From contig JAFEDU010000008.1 in assembly GCA_018241425.1 (NCBI GenBank), positions 5,424 to 69,423 of the forward strand: a stretch of 64,000 nt of DNA, given 5' to 3'. Position 1 is the stretch's first letter, and every line of letters starts with the position of its first letter. The stretch is from Pseudomonadota bacterium. GTDB lineage: Bacteria; Pseudomonadota; Gammaproteobacteria; Steroidobacterales; Steroidobacteraceae. Made by a program: the position numbers and the translations under genes. The notes below the pieces were generated by a model. It made no database searches. It was not told the DNA's origin and saw only the letters and a program-made list of their open reading frames with translations. This document shows, in pieces, positions 63,101-64,000 of this stretch.

Positions 63101-63424
63101 GATCGTTCCTGACACCGTGCAGTTGATGGTGGACGTCGCTGGCTTGTGCTCGAGCGCGCCCGCGTTCGAAGTCACGCGTCCTGCAGGAATGGCGCCACGA
63201 CGCAGCGACCACAGAAAACGCTCGTACCAGTGATCGCGCACTTCCTCACGCTCAACGTCGGCGAGCGCGCGTGCGACGCGCTGGTACGTCTCGTCCATCG
63301 TCTTGTCGACGGGCGATCCGTCCTTGGCGGTCAGCCGGTACTTCTTGTCCCAGATGTCGAGCGAGGCTTCCTGGAAAGGAATGGCATCGACATCCTTGGG
63401 GTCGATCTTCACGACAGTGTTCAT
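60155..63424 (-). CDS. nrdJa: adenosylcobalamin-dependent (class II) ribonucleotide reductase NrdJa, intein-containing precursor
   Basis: 1089-aa ORF with RNR motifs TINCTVSG, SGCGIGY and GGRRGAQMG. The finger-loop NP/CGEQPL is split by 374 extra codons. Exteins total 715 aa. Confidence 0.95.
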   Translation of the reverse strand: MNTVVKIDPKDVDAIPFQEASLDIWDKKYRLTAKDGSPVDKTMDETYQRVARALADVEREEVRDHWYERFLWSLRRGAIPAGRVTSNAGALEHKPATSTINCTVSGTIRDSMDDILRKVHEAGLTLKSGCGIGYEHSTLRPRGAYVSGAGAYTSGPLSFMDIFDKMCFTVSSAGGRRGAQMGTFDVGHPDAMEFIRAKRENGRLRQFNLSLLITDEFMKAVREDRDWQLAFPLSLKEYESDKPNLGDASKFSWREWPVHDGYVVNEEGLVACKIYKTLPARRMWDVIMTSTYDFAEPGFILIDRVNEMNNNWWCENIRATNPCVTADTRLHTRYGVVRIGDLYDARVNILATVDKRALGQSELGTEVREAVPAFMTATSADVYRVTTADGYEIKATEWHEFYTTRGKLKLKDLKSGDELLVQSGKGQFGGCGEEELGVVLGLITGDGHFTGRDGKTAAVIDLWGEDREYAEELAQYINTMIRGWSHNHRQYTVSTVAVPDRNLLQIRSVLLARMLLEFYGFNASAKTQVPEIIWRGNEGFVRGYLRGLFQSDGTVQRDDKNAYCTIRLASSQPSLLKDVQVLLANFGIFCRVLKRREAGQRLLPDGKGGKKLYDCKADYELIIGSGSRDRFMEEIGFISESKNRKYHEWKEQHPTAYREKFVSPIAAIEFVGREPVFDTTQADKNNLIFNGLVTGNCGEQPLPPYGSCLLGSVNLTRFVKHPFTDFAEFDWNEYREVVRVFTRMLDNVVEVNGLPLEQQRNEIMRKRRHGMGFLGLGSTMTLLKMKYGSPESIQFTEDVSREMAVAGWEAALDLAREKGPAPIMNEEFTVTKELLRKRPEMARDGWKPGSKIAGRLLHAKYSRYMQRVASVAPQLVHELAEIGARFTHHTSIAPTGTISLSLANNASNGIEPSFAHHYFRNVIREGKKSKEKIDVYSFELLAYRELINPNAKPGATSDAERLPDYFISADDITPKEHVEVQAASQKWIDSSISKTANVPTNFPYAQFKDIYLYAHEQGLKGCTTFRFNPEAFQGVLVKEQDLKNTIYKFTLDDGSVIEVRGDEEVDYDGEIHTAANLFDAIKDGFYGRY
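61337..62458 (-). mobile_element. intein with LAGLIDADG homing-endonuclease domain inside nrdJa
   Basis: N-junction ATNP|CVTADTRLHT. Block B TxxH (ATEWH). LAGLIDADG motifs LGLITGDGHF and LRGLFQSDGTV. C-junction IFNGLVTGN|CGEQ. 374 codons, in frame. Confidence 0.9.
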
Positions 63425-63615
63425 TGAATCCGCGGCGCTCCGAAGTGTTGTACGCCTTGTCCAACGGATTGCAGGGAATGCCGACGAAGCGCTTCCGGAA
63501 AGCCCAAAGACCAGAGCCCCGCGCGCCTTACCGGTACCCGCTGTCTTTGGTGGTACAGACAGTCAGGTCCCTGAAACCTCCCCCCGACCGCGTGACCTCT
63601 GATCGCTCGTGGCGA

Positions 63616-63631
63616 ACACAAGATCTTGTGT
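63616..63631 (-). promoter_or_regulatory. NrdR-box-like perfect palindrome upstream of nrdJa
   Basis: ACACAAGATCTTGTGT (16 bp, self-complementary) lies 192 nt upstream of the nrdJa ATG. Compare the recalled NrdR box consensus acaCwAtATaTwGtgt. Confidence 0.55.
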
Positions 63632-64000
63632 CGGGGTCAAAAGCCTAATGACGCTCCATATGACCGTCAAGCGTCGCGGCCAGATTCTGTCCAGTCGATT
63701 TTATATCGATTTTTCATGTGCTTACGCCGTTCTGCGCCGTGGAAGACCCGCGAATTTTTATACGAACGGGTCGCTTTCACCTGGTGTCCGCCGACCCCAT
63801 ATCTTGTGCCCAAGCCAAGCACAGGTTTTGCACAGGCTGCCCACAGGCCGCTAGAAGGCCTTAACCCCCTGATTCAGGCACTGATCACTTTCTGACCAGT
63901 CGCCGAAGCCCGAGAGCCTCACGCCTGGCCTCCTCCTTATATGAGGACTCGGACGCCCCTCCCCAAGGCTGTGCGAACGCCGTTCGTACAAACCGGCCCT

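Noticed and set aside
1-64000. Searched by eye for CRISPR arrays, tRNA/rRNA genes, IS elements or transposases, integrases, toxin-antitoxin pairs, reverse transcriptases (retron, DGR, group II intron) and known defence-system genes.
   Set aside because: None recognised. The only mobile-element signature is the nrdJa intein, and the only defence-type gene is the broken Mrr-like endonuclease.

Overview
High-GC (about 70% by eye) chromosomal segment with gammaproteobacterial-type synteny, densely coding on both strands. I saw no rRNA, tRNA, CRISPR array or transposase. Recognisable core genes: ppx, erpA, a bactofilin, rppH, a FecCD-type permease, a GGDEF cyclase, tyrA, pdxH, an ABC ATPase, a PduO-type adenosyltransferase, ampD, bioA and rsmE. 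Next come a multicopper oxidase and the twitching-motility chemosensory cluster pilG-pilH-pilI-pilJ-chpA-chpC, with no CheR or CheB genes. It is followed by gshB-tonB-yqgE-ruvX-pyrB, three tandem PilT/PilU-family ATPases, yggS-proC-yggT, an HU gene, htpG, an orphan ParA-like ATPase, ppnN, an L,D-transpeptidase and mltD. The window ends with a split class II (B12-dependent) ribonucleotide reductase, nrdJa/nrdJb. Three stretches have visibly lower GC: about 8.5-12.7 kb, 40.4-43.2 kb and 58.9-63.9 kb. The most notable observations are: (1) a full-length LAGLIDADG intein in the NPCGEQ active-site loop of nrdJa; (2) a decayed island between tyrA and pdxH, holding a frameshifted Mrr-type endonuclease remnant, an exported trypsin-like protease fused to a TonB C-terminal domain, and a TPR gene with an in-frame amber stop; (3) a diverged cobalamin-riboswitch-like element with no obvious cargo gene at the edge of that island; (4) an orphan plus-strand transcription unit, a GGA-rich sRNA candidate or a 43-codon ORF, ending in a strong terminator between mltD and nrdJb; (5) a membrane protein with a Gly/Cys/His tail directly after chpC. 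All calls come from reading the sequence and ORF translations. No database search was run, and start codons are best guesses.
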